Source: an uncultured delta proteobacterium
Lineage (GTDB): Bacteria > Myxococcota_A > Polyangia > Polyangiales > Ga0077539
Direction of reading: 5' to 3'
Length of the DNA: 44,620 bases
Assembly (NCBI GenBank): GCA_903860995.1
Contig: CAIOSS010000784.1
Span: 1 to 44,620, forward strand
The first letter of the stretch is position 1. Every line of letters starts with the position of its first letter. The notes below the pieces were generated by a model. That model saw nothing but the letters and a program-made list of their open reading frames with translations, did not search any database and was not told the DNA's origin. Made by a program: the position numbers and the translations under genes. Below, in pieces: positions 15,360 to 22,833 of this stretch.

Positions 15360-16960
15360 GCCGGCTCAGGGCGCGCGGGCCCGCGCACCCGGTAGAGCGT
15401 CACCCGCATGACCGGGTGGTTCCGCTCGAAATCGTGGACGTTGACGTCCTTCGAGAGCCCCGAGGTGAAGAACATGAACACCTCCCGCCAGCGCGCGGTC
15501 TGCATCACGGGCTGCAGCTCGAAGCGGCCGAACACGGCGTCGTAGGGGGCGGACGCCGGCCGGCCGAGGGCCCGCTGCGCGTCGCACTCCAGGCCGCAGA
15601 AGAAGTAGACGTCGCGGCGGGCGAGGTCGATCCGGGCGGGGTCATCGATGAACGACGGCCCGCGCGGGGAGGGGGCCTCGCCCCAGTGGAGGTACCTCTC
15701 GTAGTAGGCGCGCACGCGCTCGCCCTGGCGGTTGACCGCGAGGGGGATCTCCAGCACCTGGTCGCCGGGGCGGAGGAGGTGGGCGGCGCGGGCCACCAGC
15801 CGGTACTCGTACTGGTAGTCGAGGTCCTTGCGGATGTAGCTCGCCGACAGCCACGGCATCGACAGCACGAGGGCCATCGCGGGCGCCCACATCCACGGCC
15901 ACCGGATAAGGCGCGCCGCGTGCGCGGACATGATGATCAGGGGGTAGATGAGCTGCAGGAAGTACTTGGAGTTGCCCACGACGGTCTCGGACAGGGCGAC
16001 CGAGGTGATGGCCATCGTGCCGAGGTACCAGAGCGCCACGAGGGCCATGCCCTCAGGCATCGACGCGGCGAACACCACGGTGCCCAGGGCGAGGAGGGCG
16101 AGCCCCGGCCAGGAGACCACCCACGGGTTGAAGAGCACGTTGTGTGCGGAGAAGAAGAGCTGCTTGAAGCTGTGGAGGATCTGTACCGAGTGCCGCGGGC
16201 TCAGCATCTGGGTGCTGGAGTCGAGCACCCGGATGAAGCCGAGGTTGATCGCCAGCAGCGCGGCCAGGAAGGCCCAGAGCGCCGGCTGCGCGCGGACGTC
16301 GCGGCGGTAGAGCACCGCGAAGACGTAGAGCACCGGGAAGGACAGGAAGTTCAGCGGGCGGGTGAGCAGGAACGAGGGCAGGACGAGGAGCATCACGAGC
16401 CCGGTGGGGGCCTGCGCGCGCCAGTCGCTGCGCTTCATCGTGAGGTGGAAGAGCACGAACACCAGCGCGCCTAGGAAGAGCGAGCTGATCACCGGCGCCT
16501 CGGTGGAGGAGAGCTTGATGTGCATCGGGTGGCAGGCGAGCAGCCACGCCGAGAACCAGCTCATGGCCTTCCGCCCGAAGATGAGCTCGGTGTGCAGCGC
16601 GATGAGCAGCGGCGAGAGGACTGCCAGCGCCATGTTGAGCCCGAACGCCCCGCGGTAGGGGCTGAACGCGACCCCCACGAGGTGGTCCGCCGCGACGCTC
16701 AGCAGGACGATCACCCGCGGCAGCCGCTCGATGGCCGTGAAGTGGGTGTGCTCGTAGACGACGGGGTTGTAGAAATACCAGCGGAGCCCGACGGTCACCG
16801 CCAGGAGCGCGGCGAGGTGCAGGAGGTCGCGGGGGTCGCTGACCAGGCTGCGGCGGAACTGGTCGAGGAAGATGAGGAGGGCCAGCAGGAGGGCAGCCAC
16901 CTGCGCGAAGACCCAGGCGTCGCCGTTGAGGGCCTCGACAAACCAGGATGGGTAGTACAT
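15344..16960 (-). CDS. Polytopic membrane protein, divergent relative of the HENHH family (GT-C-like topology)
   Basis: This is a 538-aa ORF with many hydrophobic segments. LRWYFYNPVVYEHTHF sits at the position of LRW....HTLIHENHHGY in the three paralogues. The C-terminal soluble part contains PGDQVLEIPL, compared with PGDRFVTLPG/PGDRFVVLTG in the paralogues. It is the last gene of the 26413->15344 operon. Its GC content is lower than the window average. Confidence 0.8.
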   Translation of the reverse strand: MYYPSWFVEALNGDAWVFAQVAALLLALLIFLDQFRRSLVSDPRDLLHLAALLAVTVGLRWYFYNPVVYEHTHFTAIERLPRVIVLLSVAADHLVGVAFSPYRGAFGLNMALAVLSPLLIALHTELIFGRKAMSWFSAWLLACHPMHIKLSSTEAPVISSLFLGALVFVLFHLTMKRSDWRAQAPTGLVMLLVLPSFLLTRPLNFLSFPVLYVFAVLYRRDVRAQPALWAFLAALLAINLGFIRVLDSSTQMLSPRHSVQILHSFKQLFFSAHNVLFNPWVVSWPGLALLALGTVVFAASMPEGMALVALWYLGTMAITSVALSETVVGNSKYFLQLIYPLIIMSAHAARLIRWPWMWAPAMALVLSMPWLSASYIRKDLDYQYEYRLVARAAHLLRPGDQVLEIPLAVNRQGERVRAYYERYLHWGEAPSPRGPSFIDDPARIDLARRDVYFFCGLECDAQRALGRPASAPYDAVFGRFELQPVMQTARWREVFMFFTSGLSKDVNVHDFERNHPVMRVTLYRVRGPARPEPAQGTR

Positions 16961-16982
16961 CGCTCCCGGCCGAACGTATCAG

Positions 16983-19900
16983 CTAGCCGAGCCCGCTCCA
17001 CTCCAGGTTGCGCTCCATGATGGTGCGCTGCGTGGCGGGGCCCGTGACCGTGTAGCCATCGTTGACGAAGGGCTTGTACCGGGGGAGGTTGAGCGCGGCG
17101 AGTTCGGCCATGCGCTCGGGGGTGGTGGGCGCCAGCCGGGCATCGAGGGCCTGGAGGAAGGGCCCCAGCACGCGGATGAGCTGCGAGACCATCTGCGGGA
17201 GGTTGTCGGCGAGCTGGTTGCGGGTCTGGTGGGTGACCCGGTCGCTGAGGTTCTGGAGCGCGGGGCTGCGCCACGTGAAGGTGTACCGGGGCGAGGTGAC
17301 GAAGCCCTGCTGCCCGGAGGAGACCGGGAGCACGGTGAAGTCGACGGGGACGTTCACCAGGGAGAACTGGTCGGCCTCGTTCACGCGCCCGAGGATGTGC
17401 GGGATGTTCACCTGGAAGCGGTTGCGGGGGATGACCTCCGGGGGCGCCTCCACGTTGGGGCCGTCGAAGGCGTTGGAGCCCGCGGCGGGGCCCTGACCCG
17501 GGAAGATGGTCTTCGCGGTCTGCAGGTAGAGCTCGGAGATCTCCGCCTTGCGGTCGTGCCCGAGGGCCGAATACAAGAACATCAACAGGTAGAGGTCGAT
17601 GTTTCCGGCCACGCAGCGGGACTGGCCCTTGGCGCGGGTGATGGTCTTGTAGAAGCGCTGGGTCGACGCCACGATCTGCTGCTTCTTCTCCTCCCATCGC
17701 AGCCCGTCGCTCTCCCACTTGCCGCCCGGGATCTCGTTGAAGGCCTGGTCTTCCAGGAACTTCGTCGCGTCGGTGAGGCGGTCGATGCCGAACTTCTCGG
17801 GGTTCTTCCCCCAGGGGGAGGTGGCGATCAGGTAGTACGAAGAGACCGAGTAGAAGTCCGTGGTGTGCGCCGTGCGCTCCAGGAACTCCATGATGCGGTC
17901 CTGCTTGGTGCGGGTCTCGTGGGGCATCCCGGCGATGAGCAGCACGTGGTTCCAGATGCCGAGCTCGTGGCTGGCCTTGAGGAGCCGCTCGATGGTCTCG
18001 GTGTTGATCCCCTTGTTGATCATGCGGAGCATGGAGTCCTCCGGGGACTCCACCCCGAAGACCAGCCGCATCGCGCCGGAGCGCCGCATCTTCTCCAGCA
18101 GGTGCTCGTCGAGCGAGCGCATGTTGCAGCAGTCCGACCAGAGGATGTCGAGGCGCTGGTCGACGAGCGCGTCGCAGAACATCTCGGCGTACTTGTAGAC
18201 CGAGTTGATCTGCGTATTGAGGAAGTGGAAGTGCTTGCAGTTGTAGGTCTCGGACAGGAACCGTAGCCCCGCCACGGTCTGCGCGAGGTCTTCGCCTTCG
18301 ATCTTCGTATAGGCGTAGGAGCAGAACCCGCACGGGGCGTTGCAGCCGCGGATGAAGATGTGCGGCAGCACCACGATCTGGTCGTTCTCGAAGCGAGAGA
18401 ACTTCAGCATCGTCTCCTTGTCGAAGTGGAACCGCTTCATGATCTGGCGGCCGGAGTACCGGAAGCGGTCGACCAGCTTCGGGTCGAACACCGGCACCGC
18501 CGCCGGGATCGTGTCGTACGCGTGCGCCCCGGCCTCCGCCGCGCTCAGGTCGGTGCGCTCGAAATCCAGGGCCTTCGAGCCGGTCGGCGCGGGCACGTGC
18601 TGCACGCCGTCGATCACGGTGCGCTGGCGCATGAGCTGCCGCGCGGCGATGACCACCGGGGCCTCCGCCTCGGCGAGCCCGCCGGCCGCGGCCATCGCGT
18701 TGGCGCCGATGTTGGTGTGCTCGGGCACGCCCTTGCGCAGCCCCGACAGCGTCAGGAGGTCGCGGTCCATGGCCGTGTCCGGGGCCGCGCGCCCGAAACA
18801 GATGGAGCCGTCCCCGGAGCGGTAGATCACCCGCGGGCCGAGCGTGCGGTTGCGCGCGTGCTCGCCGCTCCAGCTGTTGCGGAACAGCTGGACGGTGATC
18901 GCCTCGGCCTGCCCGACGAAGGCGTAGTCGATGGCCGGACACTCCTCCATGATCCGCTGGTAGATCGCGGGCTGGGTGCTGTCCGGCGAGGCCTGGAGCC
19001 CGCCGATGATGATGGTGCACTTCGGGTATCGCTCGCGGAGCGCCTTGGCGAGGCACTGCCCCACGGCGGCCAGGGCCATGACGTTCACGATGCGGTCGAG
19101 CACGGCGGAGAGGGAGATGCCGAACACGGCCTTCTCGGTGACGCCGAGCACCACGAGCAGCTTCTCGGTCTGCGGGCGCAGCGTGTCGTCGGTGCCCGCG
19201 AGGAAGCCCGCGACCAGCGCATGGTCGAAGTACTGCCGGAGGTCGAAGGCGTTCGCGTCTTCGGAGCACGCCTCGCAGACCTGCGCGTCGAAGTCCCAGT
19301 GCTCGAGGTCGCGGTGCCCGAGGCGGAAGAGGTGCCCCATCAGCGTGGGCACCCCGAGCTTCACCATCTCGTAGTCGTGCTCCCAGTTCATCTCGAGCAC
19401 ACGAAACGTCGGACTGATGAAGCCGATATTCATGGAGTCACTCCCGGACGTGAGCAGCGAAGGGCGTCGATCGACCGCAGGCAGGTTCGCCCCGAGGAGC
19501 CGGCGGACGTGGCCGTCCATGGGCTCGCCGGGGTGCCGCGCCATGCCTCGGTGGAAGAAATCACGCAGGGCCGCGCCGCCGACGACGGGGCGCAGCTCCG
19601 ACTCGCCGTGCACGGCGACGTAGCGCCGGTCGAGCTTGGTGCACACCGACGACAGCGCGCAGCCCTCGCACACCGAGGCCGACCCGCGGCGGTGGTCGGA
19701 GGCGCGGCCGTCGATGAGCACCTCGCCGTCGCGGTTGATGGAGAGGATGTTCTCGTCCGTGAGGTCGGTCGCGAAGACGGCCTCCTCGCCCAGCAGGCAG
19801 AGCGGGAAGTGCGTCAGCGTCACCATCGCCCCGCGCGCCCGCGCAACGCGCACGGCCTCGCGCACGTACCCCATGAGCTCGGTGTAGCGGGCCACCAGGG

Positions 19901-20543
19901 CGGCGTCGGACCCCTCGGCGCCTTCGAAGCAGTGCTTGAAGCGCAGCGTGGGGATGCCCTCGTCGACGAGCATCGCGGCGATGGCCGGAAGCCGCGGGGC
20001 GTTGCGCGCGGTCACCACGGTGGTCGCGCCCAGCACGGGCCGGTACTTCGCGGAGAGCTCGCGCAGGTGGCCCATCCCCCGGCGAAACGCCGCGAAGGCC
20101 CCGGGCCGGGCCATCATGGCGTCGTGCATCTCGGCGCCGTCGCCGTGGATGGAGAAGTCGATGTGGGAGAGGCCTGCGGCGAGGGCCGCCTCGGTCCACG
20201 CGCGGCTCTTGAACACGATGCCGTTGGTGTTGATGGTGATGGACTCGTACCCGAGCTCGCGGCCGCGTCGGCAGAACTCCGCGAAGCGCGGGTGCACCGT
20301 GGGCTCGCCGCCGGTGAACCCGAGGATCGTGCAGCCCTCCGCCCGGGATTCGACCATGCGCTCGAGGATCTTCTCGTCGGTCGGGTTGAGCTCGGGGCGA
20401 TTGAGGATGTCGAGCACGCAGCAGAAGGGGCACGCCGCGTTGCAGAAGGTAGTCAGGCTGATCAGCGCCACGCGCGAAGGCCGCGGCGGGGGCGCTGCGC
20501 CGAGCACCTTCAGGTGGGTTGTCCGTGAAGAGTCTGCCGACAT
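16983..20543 (-). CDS. Double radical-SAM fusion protein: SPASM/twitch-type radical SAM + B12-binding-like (class B) radical SAM + unknown 250-aa tail
   Basis: This is a 1186-aa ORF. Core 1 is C34-x3-C38-x2-C41 (FCNAACPFC) with GFTGGEPT and a downstream C292-x2-C295-x5-C301. From M371 (MNIGFISP...) a Rossmann-like segment runs (...TIIIGGLQASP). Core 2 is C734-x3-C738-x2-C741 (IRGCNAPCGFC) with FGVESPEDSMLRMINKG. I do not recognise aa 930-1186. Confidence 0.85.
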   Translation of the reverse strand: MSADSSRTTHLKVLGAAPPPRPSRVALISLTTFCNAACPFCCVLDILNRPELNPTDEKILERMVESRAEGCTILGFTGGEPTVHPRFAEFCRRGRELGYESITINTNGIVFKSRAWTEAALAAGLSHIDFSIHGDGAEMHDAMMARPGAFAAFRRGMGHLRELSAKYRPVLGATTVVTARNAPRLPAIAAMLVDEGIPTLRFKHCFEGAEGSDAALVARYTELMGYVREAVRVARARGAMVTLTHFPLCLLGEEAVFATDLTDENILSINRDGEVLIDGRASDHRRGSASVCEGCALSSVCTKLDRRYVAVHGESELRPVVGGAALRDFFHRGMARHPGEPMDGHVRRLLGANLPAVDRRPSLLTSGSDSMNIGFISPTFRVLEMNWEHDYEMVKLGVPTLMGHLFRLGHRDLEHWDFDAQVCEACSEDANAFDLRQYFDHALVAGFLAGTDDTLRPQTEKLLVVLGVTEKAVFGISLSAVLDRIVNVMALAAVGQCLAKALRERYPKCTIIIGGLQASPDSTQPAIYQRIMEECPAIDYAFVGQAEAITVQLFRNSWSGEHARNRTLGPRVIYRSGDGSICFGRAAPDTAMDRDLLTLSGLRKGVPEHTNIGANAMAAAGGLAEAEAPVVIAARQLMRQRTVIDGVQHVPAPTGSKALDFERTDLSAAEAGAHAYDTIPAAVPVFDPKLVDRFRYSGRQIMKRFHFDKETMLKFSRFENDQIVVLPHIFIRGCNAPCGFCSYAYTKIEGEDLAQTVAGLRFLSETYNCKHFHFLNTQINSVYKYAEMFCDALVDQRLDILWSDCCNMRSLDEHLLEKMRRSGAMRLVFGVESPEDSMLRMINKGINTETIERLLKASHELGIWNHVLLIAGMPHETRTKQDRIMEFLERTAHTTDFYSVSSYYLIATSPWGKNPEKFGIDRLTDATKFLEDQAFNEIPGGKWESDGLRWEEKKQQIVASTQRFYKTITRAKGQSRCVAGNIDLYLLMFLYSALGHDRKAEISELYLQTAKTIFPGQGPAAGSNAFDGPNVEAPPEVIPRNRFQVNIPHILGRVNEADQFSLVNVPVDFTVLPVSSGQQGFVTSPRYTFTWRSPALQNLSDRVTHQTRNQLADNLPQMVSQLIRVLGPFLQALDARLAPTTPERMAELAALNLPRYKPFVNDGYTVTGPATQRTIMERNLEWSGLG

Positions 20544-20701
20544 GGTGGAGGGAGCCGCGAACGTAGCACGGCGCGCGTGCGAATCAGGGAGCGCCCTGGT
20601 TCGGCGCAGAGGCCCAGGGGATGCCCGCTCGCTACGGCGCTGCTGCCTGCTGGTCCCCTTCGGCGCCCGGAATGCCCGCGCGGGCCTTCTTCAGGGCCCC
20701 C

Positions 20702-21775
20702 TTAGGCCAGCTCCACCACGCAGTCGTCGCCCACCATCAGGCTGAGGGCGCCGGCGCGGGTGCTGCCCGGCCGCACCCGCACCCGACGGCCGAGGAGCGA
20801 GTCCTCCAGGCGCGCGGTGTCCTCGACCACGCAGCCCTCCATCAGCACCGAGTGGTCGACGCCCGAGCGCAGCACCGTCACCCCGTCGCCGATGCTGGTG
20901 TAGGGGCCGATGCGCGCGTCGGTCAGCCGCGCCCCCGCGCCGATGATCACCGGGCCGCGGATGGTCGAGCGCTCCACCACGGCGCCGGCCTCGATGCGCA
21001 CCCGGCCGCTCACCCGGCTCGCGGCGTCGACGAGCCCGAGGCGCGCGGGCACCAGCCACGAGTCGAGCACGGTGGAGTTGGCCAGGAGGAGGTCGTCCTT
21101 CTTGCCGGTGTCCAGCCACCAGGAGCCGAGCACGTCGTGGTGGATGTGCTCGCCCCGCGCCAGGATGCGCGAGAGCGTGTCGGTGATCTCCAGCTCGCCG
21201 CGCGCCGACGGGGCGATCTCCGCGATGGCCGCGAACACCGACGGGCGGAACAGGTACACCCCCACCAGCGCGAGGTCGCTCGGCGGGTCGGCGGGCTTCT
21301 CGACCAGCCGGGTGATGGCCCCGTCGGCGTCGAGCACGGCCACCCCGAAGGCCCGCGGGTCGTCGACGGCCTTGAGCATCACCGAGGCGCTCCAGGCGGG
21401 CTCGGCCCGGAAGGCGTCCACCGCCGGGCGGATGGAGTCGCCGATGAGGTTGTCGCCCAGGTACATGCAGAAGTCGTCGTCGCCCAGGAAGGGCCGCGCC
21501 GTGAGCGCCGCGTGCGCCAGCCCGGCGGGGCGCTCCTGGACGATGTACGTGAGCCGGGCGCCCCAGCGGGCGCCGTCGCCCAGGGCCGCGCGCACCTCCG
21601 CGCCCGTCTCCGGCGAGATGATCACGCCGATGTCGGTGATGCCCGCGTCGACCAGCTTGTCGACGACGAAGAACAGGATCGGCCGGTTGGCCACGGGCAC
21701 CAGCTGCTTGGCGCCGGTGTACGTGATCGGCCGCAGCCGCGAGCCCGCGCCGCCCGCCAGGACGAGGCCCTTCAC
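20702..21775 (-). CDS. rmlA: Glucose-1-phosphate thymidylyltransferase, long form with C-terminal left-handed beta-helix
   Basis: GTG 21775 overlaps the rmlB stop as GTGA. The N-terminus is VKGLVLAGGAGSRLRPITYTGAKQLVPVANRPIL. Hexapeptide-like repeats occupy the last 90 aa or so. Track ORF 20702-21826 is in the same frame. Confidence 0.85.
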   Translation of the reverse strand: MKGLVLAGGAGSRLRPITYTGAKQLVPVANRPILFFVVDKLVDAGITDIGVIISPETGAEVRAALGDGARWGARLTYIVQERPAGLAHAALTARPFLGDDDFCMYLGDNLIGDSIRPAVDAFRAEPAWSASVMLKAVDDPRAFGVAVLDADGAITRLVEKPADPPSDLALVGVYLFRPSVFAAIAEIAPSARGELEITDTLSRILARGEHIHHDVLGSWWLDTGKKDDLLLANSTVLDSWLVPARLGLVDAASRVSGRVRIEAGAVVERSTIRGPVIIGAGARLTDARIGPYTSIGDGVTVLRSGVDHSVLMEGCVVEDTARLEDSLLGRRVRVRPGSTRAGALSLMVGDDCVVELA

Positions 21776-22833
21776 GCGCCGCCCCCGAGGCCGAGGCGCG
21801 CGCGGTCGTGGGCGCGGGCGTCGCACCAGCCGCGGTGCGCGAGGTACCAGCCCACGGTGGCGCGGAGGCCCGCGTCGAGCGAGTGCGCGGGCGACCAGCC
21901 GAGGGCGTCGCGGGCGCGCGCGGCGTCCACGGCGTAGCGGCGGTCGTGGCCGGGGCGGTCGCCGACGAAGCGGATGAGGGCGCGGTAGCCGCCGGGCGGG
22001 GCGCGGAGGCCCGCCGCGGGCGCGAGCTCGTCGAGCAGCGCGCAGAGCGACTCGACCAGGGCGAGGTTGGTGCGCTCGGCGCCGCCGCCCAGGGTGTAGG
22101 TGACCCCGGGGGCGCCGCGCAGGGCTGCGGCCAGGAGGGCGTCGCAGTGGTCGTCGACGTAGAGCCAGTCGCGCACGTGCTGCCCGTCGCCGTACACGGG
22201 CAGCGCGCGGTGCTCGACGGCGTTGAGGATCATCAGCGGGATGAGCTTCTCGGGGAACTGGTACGGCCCGTAGTTGTTCGAGCAGTGGGTGGTCACCACC
22301 GGGAGGCCGTAGGTGTTGGCCCAGGCCCGCGCGAGGTGGTCGCCGCCGGCCTTGGAGGCCGCGTAGGGCGAGTTGGGCGCGTGGGCCGAGCCCTCGTGGA
22401 AGCGCCCGCCGGCGCCGAGGGAGCCGAAGACCTCGTCGGTGGACACCTGCACGAAGCGGAACCCGGGCGGGGCGGCGCCGGACCCGACGTAGCGCCGGGC
22501 GGCCTCGAGCATCGCGTGCGTGCCGAGCACGTTGGTGCGAAGGAAGTCCGTCGCGTCGTCGATGGAGCGGTCGACGTGGGACTCCGCCGCGAGGTGGAGC
22601 ACGGCGTCGGGGCGGTGCTCTCGCAGCAGGGCCTCGACCAGGGCGCGGTCGCAGACGTCGCCGCGCACGAAGCGGTGCCGCGGGTGCCCGGCCACGTCGC
22701 GGAGGTTGTCGAGGCTGCCGGCGTAGGTGAGCAGGTCGAGGGTGACCACGGAGCAGGCGTCGTCGCGCAGGGCGCGGCGCACGAGGTTGGCGCCGATGAA
22801 GCCCGCGCCGCCGGTGACGAGCAGGGCGGTCAC
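21772..22833 (-). CDS. rmlB: dTDP-glucose 4,6-dehydratase
   Basis: This is the 3' 1062 nt of track ORF 21772-23373. GTG 22833 overlaps the upstream stop as GTGA. Motifs are LVTGGAGFIGANLV, HLAAESHVDRS, STDEVFG, YAASKAGGDHL and HCSNNYGPYQFPEKLIP. Confidence 0.9.
   Translation of the reverse strand: MTALLVTGGAGFIGANLVRRALRDDACSVVTLDLLTYAGSLDNLRDVAGHPRHRFVRGDVCDRALVEALLREHRPDAVLHLAAESHVDRSIDDATDFLRTNVLGTHAMLEAARRYVGSGAAPPGFRFVQVSTDEVFGSLGAGGRFHEGSAHAPNSPYAASKAGGDHLARAWANTYGLPVVTTHCSNNYGPYQFPEKLIPLMILNAVEHRALPVYGDGQHVRDWLYVDDHCDALLAAALRGAPGVTYTLGGGAERTNLALVESLCALLDELAPAAGLRAPPGGYRALIRFVGDRPGHDRRYAVDAARARDALGWSPAHSLDAGLRATVGWYLAHRGWCDARAHDRARLGLGGGA

Noticed and set aside
16795-20528. Long alternative-frame ORFs over the radical-SAM gene (16795-19269 minus, 18360-20528 plus)
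   Set aside because: They have no recognisable motifs and a skewed R/P/G/A/H composition. The 16983-20543 frame explains the region with two radical-SAM cores.
20682-20699. Hairpin gggcc/ggccc after the rmlA stop considered as an intrinsic terminator
   Set aside because: The stem is only 5 bp and there is no U-tract on the transcribed (minus) strand. This is too weak to annotate, although the 158-nt gap may still hold an internal promoter.
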